The notes: generated by a model not told the origin, from the letters alone. Counted from the stretch's first letter, positions 1 through 14,189 are shown. The stretch is DNA of 64,000 nucleotides from Scyliorhinus canicula (GCF_902713615.1 NW_024056025.1:584657-648656), one strand, 5' to 3'. Program-made: numbers and translations.

Positions 1-527
1 CCCCCCCGTCACGCCAGACTCCGCTGCTCCACGTGGAAATGAAATTCAAAGACTAACCTTCAGAACATAATGTTCTTTATTAGTGTCACAAGTAGGCTGA
101 CATTAACACTGCAATGAAGCTATTGTGAAAAGCCCCTCGTCGCCACACTCCAGCACCTGTTCGGGTGCACAGAGGGAGAATTCAGAATGTCCAATGTCAC
201 CTAACAACACGTCTTTTAGGACTTGTGGGAGGAAACCGGACTACCCGGAGGAAACCCACGCAGACACAGGAGAAGTTGCAGAATCCGCACAGTGACCCTA
301 GCCGGGAATCGAACCCAGGTCCCTGGCGCTGTAAAGCAACAGTGCTAACCACTGTGCGATCGTGCCACTACATTAGAAAAATCTGTGCCCAATATTACTT
401 TACTGCCCCCTTAAATGTCAGCCATCTCCTGGGAAAACCAGCCCTTTAGTTGTGAATATTAGGAAAGAGACCATCCTTTTAGCCAGACAAATAAATTAAT
501 CAAGCTGAGGGACACTGAAGCCTGGGT

Positions 528-960
528 GTGTTTGCTGCCTCGGGCACTGGGACCTGGCCGGGTGAGACTACGAAGCCCCGCCCATTCCAGACGTCACAGC
601 ATCCGCGCATGCGTACCGTTCCATTTCAATCAAGATGGCAGCCGTTGAACTGGGCCTGTTATCGGGAAAAAGAGCAGAAGCTGCAAACGCAGGACCTGCA
701 GGTTCGTATTCCTGGTTTAGGGCCTTCACGTAGTGTTTAGAAACTCTCTCCCTCCAGAGTGGACTCCGTCGCTTCCTCCGGATTTCCGCATCCTTACCCG
801 CTGCCCATAAGACAAAGAAGCGTCTCTTTCCCAGGCGCCAGCACACACCGCGCATGCTCCAACTACTCCCAGGCATTGCGCCTGCGCACTGTTGTCCTGC
901 GGTGTCGATAGGGGACATTCACCACCGCGGGGAATGCCGGGTAATGCAGCCCCATTCATC
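528..960. promoter_or_regulatory. CpG-rich promoter-like block
   Basis: GCGCATGCG (NRF1-like) and CAAGATGGC (YY1-like) motifs in CpG-dense sequence. Confidence 0.45.
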
Positions 961-1301
961 ATCCCAATTAGTGAATAGTGATTTTTGTTTGCTATGATGT
1001 GAAGTTTGGGCGAGTGGGATATAAATCATACATAAATCCAAGTAAGAGGGAGACATGTGGCATAGTGGTTAGCAGTGGGACTAAGGTGCTGAGGACCTAA
1101 GGTGCATGATGGACTGGGGTTGTGTTCTCTGTCGTTTCTGATGGTCTTGGGCTGAGCAGTTGCCACAGCAGGCTGTGATGCATCCTGTGATAGGATGTTT
1201 TCCTATCATGTTTTCCTGCATCTGTAAAAATCGTAAGACCCAACGTGGACAAGCTGGATTTCCATAGTTTCCTGAGGAAGTATAGGCGCTTTTTTTTTTA
1301 A

Positions 1302-1630
1302 GAATTAGAAAAGTACAGCACAGAACAGGCCCTTCGGCCCTCAATGTTGTGCCGAGCAATGATCACCCTACTCAAGCCCACGTATCCACCCTATACCAGT
1401 AACCCAACAACCCCCATTAACATTATTTTTTTAGGACACTAAGGGCAATTTAGCCTGGCCAATCCACCTAACCCGCACATCTTTGGACTGTGGGAGGAAA
1501 CCGAAGCACCCGGAGGAAACCCACGCACACACGGGGAGGACGTGCAGACTTCGCACAGACAGTGCCCCAGCCGGGAATCGAACCTGGGACCCTGGAGCTG
1601 TGAAGCATTGATGCTAACCACCATGCTACC
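1302..1630 (-). mobile_element. tRNA-derived shark SINE (HE1-like)
   Basis: A/B boxes (tagcatggtggttagca / ggttcgattccc), conserved body ggtttcctccgggtgctccggtttcctcccacagtccaaag and a ttctatg tail; nearly identical to 1945-2282 and 13113-13445. Confidence 0.88.
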
Positions 1631-1944
1631 ATGCTGCCCATTTATGCGCTGTTATGCTTTCTTGGTCGTAGCGTTGATGTGGGAAGCCCTATGCATCTAA
1701 TATTGGAAAATAGATATCTAATGAGAGGGATTTGTGTATCTAATTTGTGTATCCTTTTTAGCGTGGCCAATTCACCTACTCTGCATGTCTTTGGGGCTGA
1801 GATCCATGTAGACACAGGGAGAACAATTTATGTATCCTTAATGAACATCGATATGCAGAGAGGCAGATGAAAATCCTTTAAACATCTCACTTGGAACAGA
1901 ACTGTCTGAAACTCGAAACAGGAGCTTCAGGAAATCAAAGTACA

Positions 1945-2282
1945 TAGAACATAGAACTGTACAGCACAGAACAGGCCCTTCGGCCCTCGATGTTGTGCCG
2001 AGCAAGGATCACCCTACTCAAACCCACGTATCCACCCTAAACCCGTAAACCAACAACCCCCCCAACCTTACTTTTAAGGACACTACGGGCAATTTAGCAT
2101 GGCCAATTCACCTAACCCGCACATCTTTGGATTGTGGGAGGAAACCGGAGCACCCGGAGGAAACCCACGCACACACGGGGAGGACGTGCAGACTCCGCAC
2201 AGACAGTCACCCAGCCGGGAATCGAACCTGGGACCCTGGAGCTGTGAAGCATTTATGCTAACCACCATGCTACCGTGCTGCC
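1945..2282 (-). mobile_element. tRNA-derived shark SINE (HE1-like)
   Basis: Same family and structure as 1302-1630. Confidence 0.88.
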
Positions 2283-2850
2283 CCAAAGTACTGAGAAACA
2301 GCCAGCTGCCCAGTTGATGGAAGACATTCTTAAAATATAAATTATTGGACATTGGTTCAAATCCTAGCTTGGGTCACTATCTGTGCCCAGTCTGCACGTT
2401 CTCCCCATGTCTGTTTGGGTCTCCGGGTGCTCCGGTTTCCTCCCACAGTCCACAGGTTAGGTGAAATGGACACTCTGAATTCTCCCTCAGTGCACCTGAA
2501 CAGTAACTTCATTGCAGTGCAAGCCTACTTGTGACACTAATAAAAAAAAGACATTCACTCACTTAACTGAGCAACTCAGGTACCAGTCCTCAAGTCTGGT
2601 GCCAGACCTCACTGCTCCCTTGCCCTTATAACCTCCGAGCTCCTCTTGCTGTTGTTTCCCAGGACAATTGAGGGGCTGTTTAGCACAGGGCTAAATCGCT
2701 GGCTTTGAAAGAAGACCAAGGCAGGCCAGCAGCACAGTTCAATTCCCGTACCAGCCTCCCCGAACAGGCGTCGGAATGTGGCAAATAGGGGCTTTTCACA
2801 GTAACTTCATTGAAGCCTACTCGTGACGATAAGCGATTTTGATTTCATTT

Positions 2851-3200
2851 TAGGGCAGCACGGTTGCATAGTGGTTAGCACAGTTGCTTCACAGCTCCAG
2901 GGTCCCAGGTTCGATTCCCGGCTGGGTCACTGTCTGTGCGGAGTCTGCACGTTCTCCCCGTGTCTGCGTGGGTTTCCTCCGGGTGCTCCGGTTTCCTCCC
3001 ACAGTCCAAAGATGTGCAGGTTAGGCGGATTGGCCATGCTAAATTGCCCTTAGTGTTCAAAAAATGTTAAGTGGGGGTTGCTGGGTTACGGGGGTAGCGG
3101 AGATACGTGGGCTTCAGTAGGATGCTCTTTGTAAGGTCCGGTGCAGACTCGATGGGCCAAATGGCCTCCTTCTGCACTGTAAATGCTATGATTCTATGAA
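2851..3200 (+). mobile_element. tRNA-derived shark SINE (HE1-like)
   Basis: gggcagcacgg... head, conserved body, ctatgattctatga tail. Confidence 0.88.
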
Positions 3201-4599
3201 TCAATGTCCACTCTCCAACGTTACTCTGTCTGATAGAGTTCAGAGGCTCAGAAGAGGAAAGAAATGAGGACATGAATCTGAATTCAGAAATACAGTTAAA
3301 GAAACATGATAAACTGAAGGATTTAAGTCACAGTATTTAATTGCAATTAATATATTAATTTTGTCTGACACTTAAGCGGAATGGAAGCAAATTATGGTAG
3401 TTGTTTTATATCGCTCTTTTCTATGATTTCGACACATCATCTTTCTTTTTTCTTACATTTAAATGGTGGAGCATGCTACCCAGAATTCCCTCCATGGGCG
3501 AATACAGATATTTTAGTTTATTAACAACTCCATATTACAAAAGAACACAGCTGAATACAAAACAATCAGCAATACAGTAGAAACATCCACAATACACCAA
3601 AACTGGACATTCTGAATTCTCCCTCAGTGAACCAGAACAGGCGCCGGAATGTGGCGACTCGGGGATTTTCAGAGTAACTTCATTGCAGTTAATGTAAGCC
3701 TACTTGTGACAATAAAGATTTTTGTTATGAAACAGAAAGCAATGAATAATCAACAAGAAAACAAAACCACCAGATTTCACGCCAGCACACGCCCACCACC
3801 ACATCAGCAGAAAGGCTCCCAAACGAGCAACACAGACCACTGGTAAAGGACACACTGATATGGGGCACGGCGGAAGGGAGAGAGGGAGAAAGAACACCCC
3901 TCCCAAGAGGGAGCACAGTTCAACCCAGAAACAGTTGTGTATGTGAGTACATCTTATCTTAATCAAAAAGACTGTAATGCGCAGGTACAGAAAGGCTGGG
4001 CAGACCAATTATGAGCAGGGTTCAGTTAGGATGGGCATTGGATGCAAAAGCAATTTGGGCTGGAGTGGAGATGGTGGAGGTGCTGCTGGGTTTAACCTAT
4101 TGGACTGGGACTAAGGAGGACGAACAGGCCATTCGGCCCTTCAAGCCAGTTCCACCATTCAATATAATTAGGGCTGATCTGGTTGTGGTCTCAGTTTCCT
4201 TTGCCTGTCTGCACCACCCACCTGCACCCAGAACCATTGACTCCCTTGTCTATCAAAAATCTTTCCAACTCTACCCCAGCCTCCACTGTTCTCTGCGGAA
4301 GTGAATTCCACAGACTAATGAACATCGGAAACAAAAAAATTATCCTCATTTAAGCCTTCACATTCTCCCCATCTCTCATTCTTAAAGTGTGTCGCCTCGT
4401 TCTAGTCTTTCCCACGGGTCCAAAACCGTCCTTATTATTTTCCTCCTCTGAGCCTCTGAACCCCATCAGACAGAGTAATGTAGGAGAGAGGACACTGATT
4501 GTCTTGGGAAAGGTGTGTAATCGGCGGGGCTTCGTTGTCTATTCCCGGCCTGGTCCTAGTGCCCGAAAAAGCATCGTTCTGGCAACAAGTTAAACAACT

Positions 4600-4990
4600 T
4601 CACCCATCCCCAGGCTGCAGTCGGGAAGAGTGCATGAAGCCATGGATATACTCAGGGTGAGAGGTTACAGCCTCTGTATAGTTTCCTGAAGGGGCTGCTC
4701 CTCAACTTTGGTTACACTTGAGCCCCAGGCTCCTAATCTTTGGCTGTCCAGTGTGGAGGAGGCTGGGTAAATCAGAAGTACTTCTCCTGGACCTGTTCTT
4801 GGATCTGGTTAACACAGAAATTTGTTGAACCTCAATGAGCAGTTTCTCTGGAGGTTGGGCGCCTGTCAGACTGCCTTACAACGTTTCATTGAAAGGGAGC
4901 AGTGGTGTCCACTGGTACGCTTGCTACCTTCCACAACTGGTGGGAAACTCGGTAAAGAGCAACTCCAAAACACTGGAAGCAACATTCTGG
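4600..4990 (+). mobile_element. Degenerate Tx1-like non-LTR ORF2 C-terminal fragment
   Basis: Frameshifted LQPLYSFLKGLLLNF...HFSPRLLIFG-like peptide read by eye. Confidence 0.45.
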
Positions 4991-5595
4991 TTTAGTTAGG
5001 AAGCTTCCCTTTGATTTTGTTGCTAATTTTGTCTTCTTTCAGTTTGTTTGGACCACTTATTTGGGGTAACAAGCGATAAAAGATTAGTCCACAGAAACTG
5101 GAATTGTCTATTCTGAATTTCTATTGCTATACAGTGATGATGTTTGTAAACTTCTTTTACAGGGTATTAGGAGAAAACATTTTGCAAGTGGAAACTCAAA
5201 CAAAACATCGCAGAGATGTAACGGAATCATTCACTACATCAAAATCTGAATAACTTCGGAGAATGTGGAAGGAGAAATGTTTCTCTGTTCTATTGGTGGG
5301 AAAATATTTCAAACATCAGTGTGATTGGAAAGCAACGAGATACACACACACCCAAGTGAGAGTGTTCCAGTGAACTGACTGTGGAAACATCAGTGTGACT
5401 GGAAAAGCACCGAGACCCACACAACACATAGCCAAGTGAGTGTTGCAGTGAACAGACTGTGGAAAGTTTTAACCAGTTACACAGCCTGATAAAAATACAA
5501 GCATTCACAGCGGGGAGAAACCTTACACATGTTCTGTGTGTGGCTCAAGCTTCAACTGATCATCCAACCTGGGGAGAGACAACAATTCCAGCACC

Positions 5596-6573
5596 ATGGA
5601 GAAACCGTGGAAGTGTGAGGACTGTGAGAAGGGATTCAATTATCCATCCCTGCTTGAAAATATTCAACACAGTCACACTGGGGAGAGGCCATTCGGCTGC
5701 TCCGTATGTGGGAAGGGATTCATTCAGTCCTCCCACCTGCTGACACACCGGCAAGTTCACATTGACGAGAGGCTCTTTAACCCCTCAGGCTGTGATAACA
5801 ACTCTAAAATCTCCGAGGACCTGGTCAAGCACCAGGTGGTTCCCACCGAGAGACAGTTCAGTTGCTCTCACTGTGCGAAGCGGTTCATACGATCATAGAC
5901 ACTCATCGAACATGGACGTACTCACACTGGGGAGAGGCCATTCACCTGCTCTGTGTGTGGGAAAGGATTCACTCAATCAGCCTACCTCACTACACACCGA
6001 CTAGTTCACACGGATAACAGACCTTTCAAATGTACTGAATGTGAGAAGAGTTATAAAACCACAAGTGAATTGTCGATACACCAGAGAGTCCACACTGGGG
6101 AGAGGCCATTCACCTGCTCTAAATGTGGGAAGGGATTCTCACGATCATCCTACCTTGCTAAACACCAACTGGTTCACACGGATAAAAGACTTTTCAAATG
6201 TTCTGAATGTGAGAAGATTTACAAAACCTCAACTGATCTGCTGACACACCAGCGAGTTCACAATGAGGAGAGGCCATTCAGGTGCACTGTGTGTGGGAAG
6301 GGATTCGCTCTGTCGTCCAGCCTCCAGAAACACCAGCGAGTTCACACTGGGGAGAGGTCATTCACCTGCTCCACGTGTGGGAAGGGATTTATTCATCCAT
6401 CCAATCTTCTGACACACCAGCGAGTTCACACTGGGGAGAGGCCGTTTCTTTGCTCTGACTGTGGGAAGACATTCATCCACTCATCCCACCTCTTGAGACA
6501 CCAGAGAGTTCACAAGGAACAACTAGAATTGGATTCTGTTGTTAATGCTGCTGTTAATCACATCCAGGACTGA
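5596..6573 (+). pseudogene. C2H2 zinc-finger array with an in-frame TAG at 5896-5898 (7 intact fingers downstream)
   Basis: ORFs 5596..5898 and 5953..6573 share one frame; TGERPF linkers; upstream acceptor ttttacAG at 5161-5162. Confidence 0.85.
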
Positions 6574-8164
6574 ACCATGTTCATTCTGACAGTTGGAGAA
6601 TGTTCATGCTGATGTTAATCATCCCACAACTTGCTGCAGTTTAATATTCTGATATGTGTCAAATGAATTTATGTTTTTTCAGCCACACAGCAGGGACAGT
6701 AATTTCTCCAGGATAGGAGGAAACTAACTTGTGTCCTGTTCCCGACTGCCCCATTTTAGGGTCTCTTCTCCTTTTTAATCCAGTTCTCATCCCTTCAGTT
6801 ACTCCCATGGACAGGTCCGAGCTCCCCATACCTTCCAGAGTGTTTCCTAACCCTCGGATCCAGGGAAGGTATCGGGAACACTCCCAGGATCACAAACACA
6901 AGAGCCAGTCTTTAGGACTGAGAGCCAGTGTTTTGGACTGATGTACTGAATCTCATCATTAAGGGTGGGATGGTTGCAAAGCCTCCTCTTCCTGTGGTTA
7001 CACTTTGGGCTGAAATTAATGAAGCCACAGATCTCTGTTTGGGAAGTGGATCATTGTAAACAGGAGTTTAGGGTTACATTGTGCAGGAAGAGAAACAGAA
7101 ACCAAAACCGCACAAGAGGCTGAGTTGTTGCTGATTTTAGTGAACTCCTTTCCCAGGATATTCTAAACTAACTGGTCTGTAATTGCTGGAACTGTCCTTT
7201 TTGAACAAGTGCATAACATTTGTAATTCTCCAGTCCTCTGGCACCCCCAGGAATGGCTGGGAGATTATTGCCAGCACTCCTGTAATTTACATTCTCACTT
7301 CAACACGTCCTCAATTTTGAACCGATCTAGGGACAGGGTTTCCTAATCTGTCTCCATGGCCTGGGTAGTGTTCTAACCCTACAGGCGGCCCAGGGATCTG
7401 CAACCTCAGAGTCCCTGTGGCCTCACCTGAGTATTATTTACCAAGGTGAGGGGAGTAGGAGCTGCCCCACCTTTTCCTCGGACTGCTGGAACATAAATAT
7501 CCCGACCCAGGTGTGGGTAGATGCCGGAGACCCCTTTGGTGAGTAGAAGATATAAATAGTAAGAGGAATAAATCGAAACTTTTCTACAGTCATCGCTTCC
7601 GAGTGCTCGCTTGCCTGAGACTTTATAGATAGCTGGTGAAGACAGTGAGTTTAGTTTGATTTTCAACAAGGTGACTCGATCTTTAAAAGCTCCTTCTTCA
7701 TGAGTATGAGGGGGTGAGAAAAATATCAGCCATGATTCAATGGCGGAGCAGACTCGATGGGCCGAGTGGCCTAATTTTGCTCCTCTGTGTTATGTCTTGT
7801 GATCATTGATGATTTCAAAGTAATACCTGTTTCTGTAGAACATTTAAACCTGTTGTCTTTATTTTCGAAAGGATTTATCTTGTGGATGTTGTTAGGAAAG
7901 TTATCCAGGGTTAGCTATAGAGTACTGTATTCTTTTGGTGGGGTGGTCAGGATTGGTAGTTGATGAATTGTTTATTGTTTGTTTATAAAATGTTAACTGG
8001 ATTCATAGAATAAACATTGTTTTGTTTTAAACACACTAGCTCTCTGTTGCATCACACCTGCAAAGTGGTCCCTTGTGCTCCCCATAACCACAATCTATTT
8101 AAAGTTGTGGGTCAGGTGAACTCCATGATGCACTTTGGGGTTCTCTAAACCCTGGCCCAGAATA

Positions 8165-8916
8165 GGCTGGATTCTCCGATCGGCAGAATCGCGTTCGGCG
8201 ATCGGCCGAACATTCCATTTTGATGCTGGTATCAGAGGGTGCACCGTTTTTCCGATACTCCGCCCCCTAAAACGGTATTCTCGAGGAGTACGCCACATGG
8301 CGTATGGACGGTCCCCGGACATCACCTGGGACCCTCCCCAATGCTCCAGCCCCAATTGGCCATGATGTGGGACATGGGGACTTTGAGGCGACTCTTGGGA
8401 CAGACACATGGACAGCAGTAAATTGAAGGGGTGTAGGTTAGGTTGATATTACATTAGGATAAATGGGTGGCACAACATTGTGGGTCAAAGGGCCTGTACT
8501 GTGCTGTACTGTTCTGTGTTCTATGTGTCCTCAAAACTTTCAGGGACCTTGCGTGGTGGCTGCGGACTGTGTCCAGCGCTGTCACTGTCGGGGGGTTGGG
8601 GAGCCATTCCGCTGGCAGGGGAGGCTTCGGCTGGGGCTGGGGGGATGGTCTGGGGTTGGCGAGGGGGGTTACAGGGGGGCAGATTTTGGCAAACCGGGTC
8701 CGCACGCGGCCAGTACCATGCTTTCCGGCACGGCCGTCGCAGGTCACAGCTCTGCGCATGCACGGCCATTGACCCAGCCGTTCTGCAGCGTAACCACAGG
8801 TAGAGCCGGCGGCTTTACGCGGAGTGGCTGCTGACCCCCCCCACCGGGCAGAGGATCGGTGTGGGGGCGCCGCCGGCTTTTGGTTGTAGCGGATCCTGCG
8901 GACAGAGAATCCAGCC
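8165..8916. mobile_element. MITE-like GC-rich element with 12-bp terminal inverted repeats
   Basis: GGCTGGATTCTC at 8165-8176 and GAGAATCCAGCC at 8905-8916; a SINE tail is inserted at about 8440-8530. No clean TSD. Confidence 0.45.
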
Positions 8917-8993
8917 CATAATCGTTCATCACCAGAAAATGCTGGACATATTCGCTGCTCTTATATGCTGTGTCTCACTTAATATCGACGTCG

Positions 8994-9315
8994 TGAACAT
9001 AGAACATACAGTGCAGAAGGAGGCCATTCGGCCCATCGAGTCAGCACCGACCCACTTAAGCCCTCACTTCCACCCTATCCCCATAACCCAATAACCCCTC
9101 CTAACCTTTTTGATCACGAAGGGCAATTTAGCATGGCCAATCCACCGAACCTGCACATCTTTGGACTGTGGGAGGAAACCGGAGCACCCGGAGGAAACCC
9201 ACGCCACACATGGGGAGAACGTGCAGACTCCGCACAGACAATGACTCAGCTGGGAATCGAACCTGGGACCCTGGAGCTGTGAAGCAATTGTGCTAACCAC
9301 TATGCTACTGTGCTG
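8994..9315 (-). mobile_element. tRNA-derived shark SINE (HE1-like)
   Basis: Same family. Further copies or fragments at about 70-365, 10095-10360, 11385-11660, 16380-16590, 19040-19330, 29355-29660, 30820-31050, 36600-36800, 38080-38395, 40882-41000, 51060-51225, 52180-52435, 54100-54300 and 54710-55035. Confidence 0.85.
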
Positions 9316-10499
9316 CCCTGTGTGCCTTTTCAACCACCTCATCTACCTCTCCTGTTACTTTCAGGGATCTGTGAGCCTGCACTTCAATCTCCCTCTGTGC
9401 CTCTACACTTCTCACTCATACCAGTAATATTATTTCTCTTTGCCTTGTTTGTCCGCCCCAAATGTATTTATTACTTCACAATGTTGCAGATTAATCTCCA
9501 TTTGTTACTTGTCTTACCACCTGATCACTCGGATGAAATTTTCCTGCCGGTTAAAGCTTTCTTCCTCACAATCACAAGACTTAAACATGTCCCCTATGTC
9601 AAAGTTCAAATCATTGATGTATATCACACAAAGCATGGAATCTTATCCTGAGAAATACTCCTCTTTGCTTCCTGCTGCTGCAGCTGATGACATTTCCTGC
9701 ACATGTGATTGTCCAGCTGATGAGAAAGATGCTGCTTTTCCCACAGGGAACTGGATGTGCATTCCACGGGACTGGGATGCCCTGCTGTGCCTTTGTTTAT
9801 CTGATTATTAACTGACTGAACCAAAATCAATTTCATATTAAAATAAATAAATGTTTATCAGCTACTCACCAATCAGCTTCTTCCATTGTGCTGAAGTCAC
9901 CTTGTTTTATAGAATTAACTGAAATGATTATTATCTAAACACCTCAGAATTTAATTGACTGAGAAATTGAGATTCCCAACTGTTGCAATCCTTTGTTCGT
10001 TAGTGTTATCTTTATCTCCTAGATTTGATTAACTGAACAATGAATGTAACTATATGATAAATTATGAATTTAAGTGTCTGCACTGATTCTCTGAAAGGGC
10101 ACCTGTCTAGGCCCACACCTCTACCCTGTCCCTGTAACCCCATTGCCCCACCTAACCTGCATATCCCTGGACACTATGGGGCAATTTATCAAGGCCAATC
10201 CACCTAACTTTCCCTTCTTTGGACTGTTGGAGGAAACCTGTTGGTAGAAACCCACGTAGACACGGGGAGAAAGTGCAAACTCCACACAGACAGTCACCAA
10301 GGCCAGAATTGAACTCGGGTCCCTGGCACTGTGAGGTAGCAGTGCTAACCACAGTGCCACCAGAAGCATAGTTTCTGTGTCAGTATTACTCCAGCCCATT
10401 TACAGGAGCTAATATTTTGTGTAAAAGTCAAATAAATTAGATTTGTGTTAAATATGCAGTGTGTTGAAACTTTTTAATATCTCTGACACAAGTTAGTTC

Positions 10500-11065
10500 C
10501 TTTTGAAGTTCTCTCGCTCTCCCCTGTCTCTTCCATCCTCACCTCCAACAAGAAGTGTGAGGAGTTTGTGGAGTTTCTTTGTGACTGAGATTGAGTAAAT
10601 CCGATCAGCTGCCTCTGCTGCTTCCCTCCCTTCCACGAGCCCACCGGACCAAACCGTCTCTAAATTTCATCCTTTCCCGAGCCCTGAACCCACATCTTTA
10701 CCAGTTTCTTTCCCATCTTCCCATATGCCCTCTCAGAGCTCATCTTGTCCATGAGACCCAGCTCCTGCTCCATCGACCCTATTCCCACTGAGCTACTGAT
10801 CAGCCAACTACCCTGTGTCCACGGATATTGTCAAAATTTCTCTTTCTTCAGGTACTGTCCCTCTCCTTCAAATCTGCCATCACCACCCCCGCCTCAATAA
10901 AACAAACCCTTGACCCTGCCATCCTTACAAATTACTGCCCCATCTTCAACCTCCCACTCCAGTCCAAACTCTTTGAACATGATGTCACCTCCCAAATCCA
11001 TGCCCATCTTTCCCAGAACTCCCATGTTTGAATCTTCAAACAGGTCTCTGCCCTGTCACAGTAAT
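10500..11065 (+). mobile_element. Old L2-clade LINE fragment
   Basis: Degenerate LDPAILTNYCPIFNLPLQSKLFE (cf. the L2 RT motif NYRPISNLPFLSK). Confidence 0.65.
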
Positions 11066-13112
11066 GAAATATGTTCATAAGACCAGAAGACTAGGGTAGT
11101 AGCACAGTCATTATCGAGAGACAACAATACCTGCTGGAGACAGACAGACAACAGAACAACACAAATCACAACACCAAGCTACCGACACCCATATACCCGA
11201 GACAGGAAGGAGAATTGGAGACGGACTGGAAGAACTCAAAGAGTCCAGACATATTAACCAAAAACAACAGCGAGAACCAAGGAAGTTCAACTGCTCCCTA
11301 AACTACCCAAACACATGGACAGTACCAGGGAAATACCACCAGACAAACCCATCGGTTCAGATTGTGAGAGAGAAAATCCGACAGAATCATAGAATTTACA
11401 GTGCAGAAGGAGGCCATTTGGGCCATCGAGTCTGCACCGGCCATCGGAAGGTGCACCCTACTTCAGTCCATGCCTCCACCCTATCCCCGTAACCCAGCAA
11501 CCTTTTTTTAGACACCAGGGGGCAATTTAGCGCAGCTAATCCACCTAATCTGCATATCTTTGGACGGTGGAGAAAACTGGAGCACCCGGAGGGAACACAC
11601 AGACTGTGCAAACCCCACACAGTCACCTAAGGCCGGAATTGAACCCAGATCAGGGGTTATGGGGAGAAGGCAGGAGAATGGGGATAAGAAAACATCAGCC
11701 ATGATTGAATGGAGGAGCAGATTTGATGGGCCGAGAGGCTTAATTCTGCTCCTATGTCTTATGATCTTATAGGTCACTGGTGCTATGATGCAGTCGTGCT
11801 AACCGCCGTGCAACATCTGTGGTGAGCGAAACAGAGTTAATGTTTGTTTTGCTACTTGTAACAGTTTTGTAGAAGGATCAACAGAATCTTAAAAAGTCCA
11901 TTGAAGTGAAAAGAAGTAGAAAGAAAGTGTTTAACTCGAGGTTTGACACAGGAAGACGTTTTAATCTGTGTGAAGCTCAAACTTCATTCCCACAAAGCGT
12001 GCAGTCTGATTGGTTGGAGGACCAGAGTCCATATGGTCCTCCAAATCTTCCCATTGGTCAACACCACTCAGACAGGAAATGAGGTTTTGGAACCCGCTCC
12101 CACGTGACCAATGGGAAGAACTCAAAGGTGCAGAGTCTCAGCCAATGAGGGAGATCCTGGATCAGCCCTGCCCCTCATTCACGATGACTGGTTGGAGGAT
12201 CAGCCACTCGTGCTAGGACCTCCAACGCTGTCCCCTCTTCCTATTGGTCCGCAGCTGCCGTCAATCACCCCGGGCATTGTGATGCGGAGCATGCGCAGTG
12301 TGGCTGCTGGACATGGATTTCAGCGCTTGTTTGTCCCGGAGAAGCGGAGTCAGCGTCAGACGGTGGGTGGGAGGATCTGGAAACACTTTGTGGGTCCGCA
12401 AACCTGTCACCATCATTGTCACCTCCCTGGTTTGCAGCTGCGGGGCTAAAATCAATGAGGACTCTGATCTCTGGCAAGGAAGGAAACCCTGGCAGGTGGG
12501 CGGGGAGGATTCACAAACACCCGCTGGAGGCCCCAAACCCCCAATAAGACCCATTGATTTTATAGTCAGTCTGCAGACAGGAGCTGGAGAACTGAACCCA
12601 GGCAGAGAAGAGGGAGGGAGAAAACTGGGAGTGGAGGAAAGAAATGGTGTAGATGGTGAGATGGGTTTGGATTTCAGCCCAGGGAGGAGGGAGAGTGGGG
12701 GACGGGGATTTACAGCTTTGGGGGAACAAGAGAGGGAAAAATGTTCCAGAGAAACTAGAATTGTCTGTTCAGAATTTCTATCCTGGGCTGACAGTGATGA
12801 CTTTTGTAAACTCCTTTTACAGAATATTGGAAGTGGAGGATTGGCCAACAGGAAACTCAAACTAAACATCTCATCGACCTCTCAAAGAGTCACTCAATTC
12901 ATTACAACCTGAACATCATCAGTGAAAGGTAAAATGTTTGTCTAGTCTGTGGGAAAAGATTTCAAACATTAGTGACTGGAAAAGCATCGAGACACACACA
13001 CACACACCTGAGTGAGAATGTTCCAGTGAACTGACTGCAGAAAGAACTTTAACCAAACATACAGCGTGAAAAAGCATCACACCATCCACAGTGAGGAGAA
13101 GCTGTACATGTG

Positions 13113-13445
13113 CCTCACGGTAGCATGGTGGTTAGCATCAATGCTTCACAGCTCCAGGGTCCCAGGTTCGATTCCCGGCTGGGTCACTGACTGTGTGGAG
13201 TCTGCACGTCCTCCCCGTGTGTGCGTGGGTTTCCTCCGGGTGCTCCGGTTTCCTCCCACAGTCCAAAGATGTGCGGGTTAGGTGGATTGGCCATGCTAAA
13301 TTGCCCGTAGTGTAAGGTTAATGGGGGGATTGTTGGGTTATGGGTATACGGGTTACGTGGGTTTAAGTGGGGTGATCATTGTTCGGCACAACATCGAGGG
13401 CCGAAGGGCCTGTTCTGTGCTGTACTGTTCTATGTTCTATGTTCT
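13113..13445 (+). mobile_element. SINE inserted in the ZNF leader
   Basis: Full SINE splits a decayed finger (EKLYM/CSVCGRGF); a short ATGTGC duplication lies at both ends. Confidence 0.85.
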
Positions 13446-13514
13446 ATGTGCTCTGTCTGTGGACGAGGCTTCAACTTATAATTCAACCTGGAGAGACACA
13501 AGGACACCGGCACC

Positions 13515-14189
13515 ATGGAGAAACCATGGAAACGTGAGGATTGTGGTAAAGGATTCAATTATCCATCCTTGCTGGAAAACCATCGACGCATTCACACTAG
13601 AGAGAAACCATTTACTTGCTCTGTGTGTGGAAAGGGATTTACTCAGTTATCCTGCTTCCAGTCACACCAACAAACCCACACACAAGAGAAACCGTTCAGC
13701 TGCACCGCCTGTGAAAAGAGGTTCAGGTCTTCGTCCAACCTCACTGCACACCAGCGAGTTCACACTGGGGAGAGACCATTCAGCTGCTCTGTATGTGGAA
13801 AGGGATTCACTCGGTCCTCCCATCTGCTGGAACACCAGCAAACGCACAGCGAGGAGAGGCCGTTCAGCTGCAATACTTGTGCAAAGAGGTTCAGGTCTTC
13901 ACCCAATCTCATTGCACATCAACGGGTTCACTCTGGGAAGAAACCATTCATCTGCTCTGTGTGTGGTAAGGAATACACTCACCCATCGAACCTGCTGATA
14001 CACCAGCGAACTCACACAGGGGAGAGGCCATTCACCTGCTCAGTGTGTGGGAAGGGATTCACCAAGTCCTTTAACCTAGTGATACACCAACGTACTCACA
14101 CTGGGGAAAGGCCGTTCACCTGCTCCGTGTGTGGGAAGGGATTCACTCAGCCATCTAACCTGCTGACACACCAGCGAATTCATAAGTAA
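13515..14189 (+). CDS. C2H2 zinc-finger protein (7 intact and 1 degenerate finger), no KRAB
   Basis: 224-aa ORF from MEKPWK with CxxC-x12-HxxxH repeats and TGERPF linkers. Confidence 0.85.
   Translation: MEKPWKREDCGKGFNYPSLLENHRRIHTREKPFTCSVCGKGFTQLSCFQSHQQTHTQEKPFSCTACEKRFRSSSNLTAHQRVHTGERPFSCSVCGKGFTRSSHLLEHQQTHSEERPFSCNTCAKRFRSSPNLIAHQRVHSGKKPFICSVCGKEYTHPSNLLIHQRTHTGERPFTCSVCGKGFTKSFNLVIHQRTHTGERPFTCSVCGKGFTQPSNLLTHQRIHK

Noticed and set aside
9440-9836. ORFs with a CIPRDWDALLC motif (class B GPCR-like) and the antisense ORF
   Set aside because: Too short and unsupported by neighbouring exons; either strand is equally plausible.
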